The translations under genes and the position numbers were made by a program. Positions 47,380 to 47,908 of a DNA stretch of 47,908 nucleotides are shown here, piece by piece (within the stretch, counting starts at the first letter, position 1; every line of letters begins with the position of its first letter). The stretch comes from Octopus bimaculoides. Lineage: Eukaryota. The notes beneath the pieces were generated by a model. It did no database searches. It worked only from the letters and a program-made list of their open reading frames with translations, and was not told the origin of the DNA. The stretch covers positions 23,509,799 to 23,557,706 of the forward strand of contig NC_069005.1 in the NCBI RefSeq assembly GCF_001194135.2, given 5' to 3'.

Positions 47380-47430
47380 TTCCAACTTTTTATTATATAT
47401 ATATGTGTATATGTATATATATATATGTCC

Positions 47431-47660
47431 TTGTCCTTGCCTTCGAAATGCGGAATAGATGGAACAGGGACAACTGACGAAGGGTTATACTCTTTATGTT
47501 GCATGTCTCGTTGTTCTGTTTTTTTCGTCGTTCGAAAAAAGCTCGTTTTCTGTTTTCATTTCTCATTGTGTTTAACGTTTTTTTTTTATGTCCTGTACCC
47601 ATATATGCATGTATGTATACATATAGATGTAGGTATGTACATATATGTATGGATATATGT
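47431..47660 (+). repeat. Unclassified family F repeat (longest 5' end)
   Basis: ttgtccttgccttcgaaatgcgg...cagggacaactgacgaaggg...gtcctgtacccatatatgc. Confidence 0.7.
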
Positions 47661-47744
47661 ATATGTTTAACCCATGCTAGCATCAAAAGCGGACGTTAAA
47701 CGAAACGATTATTATATGATCGAACGCCACGCATCCTTTCCCAA

Positions 47745-47795
<51 letters not shown>

Positions 47796-47872
47796 TATAT
47801 ATATACATATACATATATATACATATACATATATATACATATACATATATATATATATATACATATATATAC

Positions 47873-47908
<36 letters not shown>
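47745..47908. repeat. (TA)n/(TACA)n microsatellite
   Basis: Directly visible. Confidence 0.95.

Overview
AT-rich, repeat-saturated animal genomic DNA from a gapped draft assembly. N-runs lie at 851-1155, 3820-3829, 5600-6508, 10351-10378, 15696-15705, 24238-25063, 25872-26310, 30603-31041 and 43302-43645, and most are flanked by microsatellites. The SINE and microsatellite repertoire resembles Octopus (my recognition, not a database result). Almost all ORFs in the supplied track are microsatellite, gap or repeat artefacts. Reading splice sites by hand gives a phase-consistent five-exon 3' part of a minus-strand host gene (45682-45795, 15460-15627, 9211-9321, 4791-4986, 1749-1813). It encodes a probable SEA-like/ferredoxin-fold juxtamembrane module, one transmembrane helix and a short cytoplasmic tail, and the module is split by a 30,054-nt intron. 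The introns hold three abundant tRNA-type SINE families (labelled A, B and C here), many RTE LINE 3' ends, seven R4/Dong-type RLE retrotransposon fragments, a truncated Ty3/Gypsy element with a triplicated LTR-end/PBS junction, mariner, maT (DD37D) and rosa-like DNA transposon relics, TTAA-flanked MITEs and Penelope-like fragments with hammerhead-type motifs. The most unusual feature is a second, 111-nt-identical copy of the gene's terminal exon placed upstream of the transmembrane exon. I found no convincing evidence of a wholly new multi-gene system; the leads below are hypotheses to test. Repeat boundaries are approximate (tens of nt) unless a TSD or TIR is quoted.
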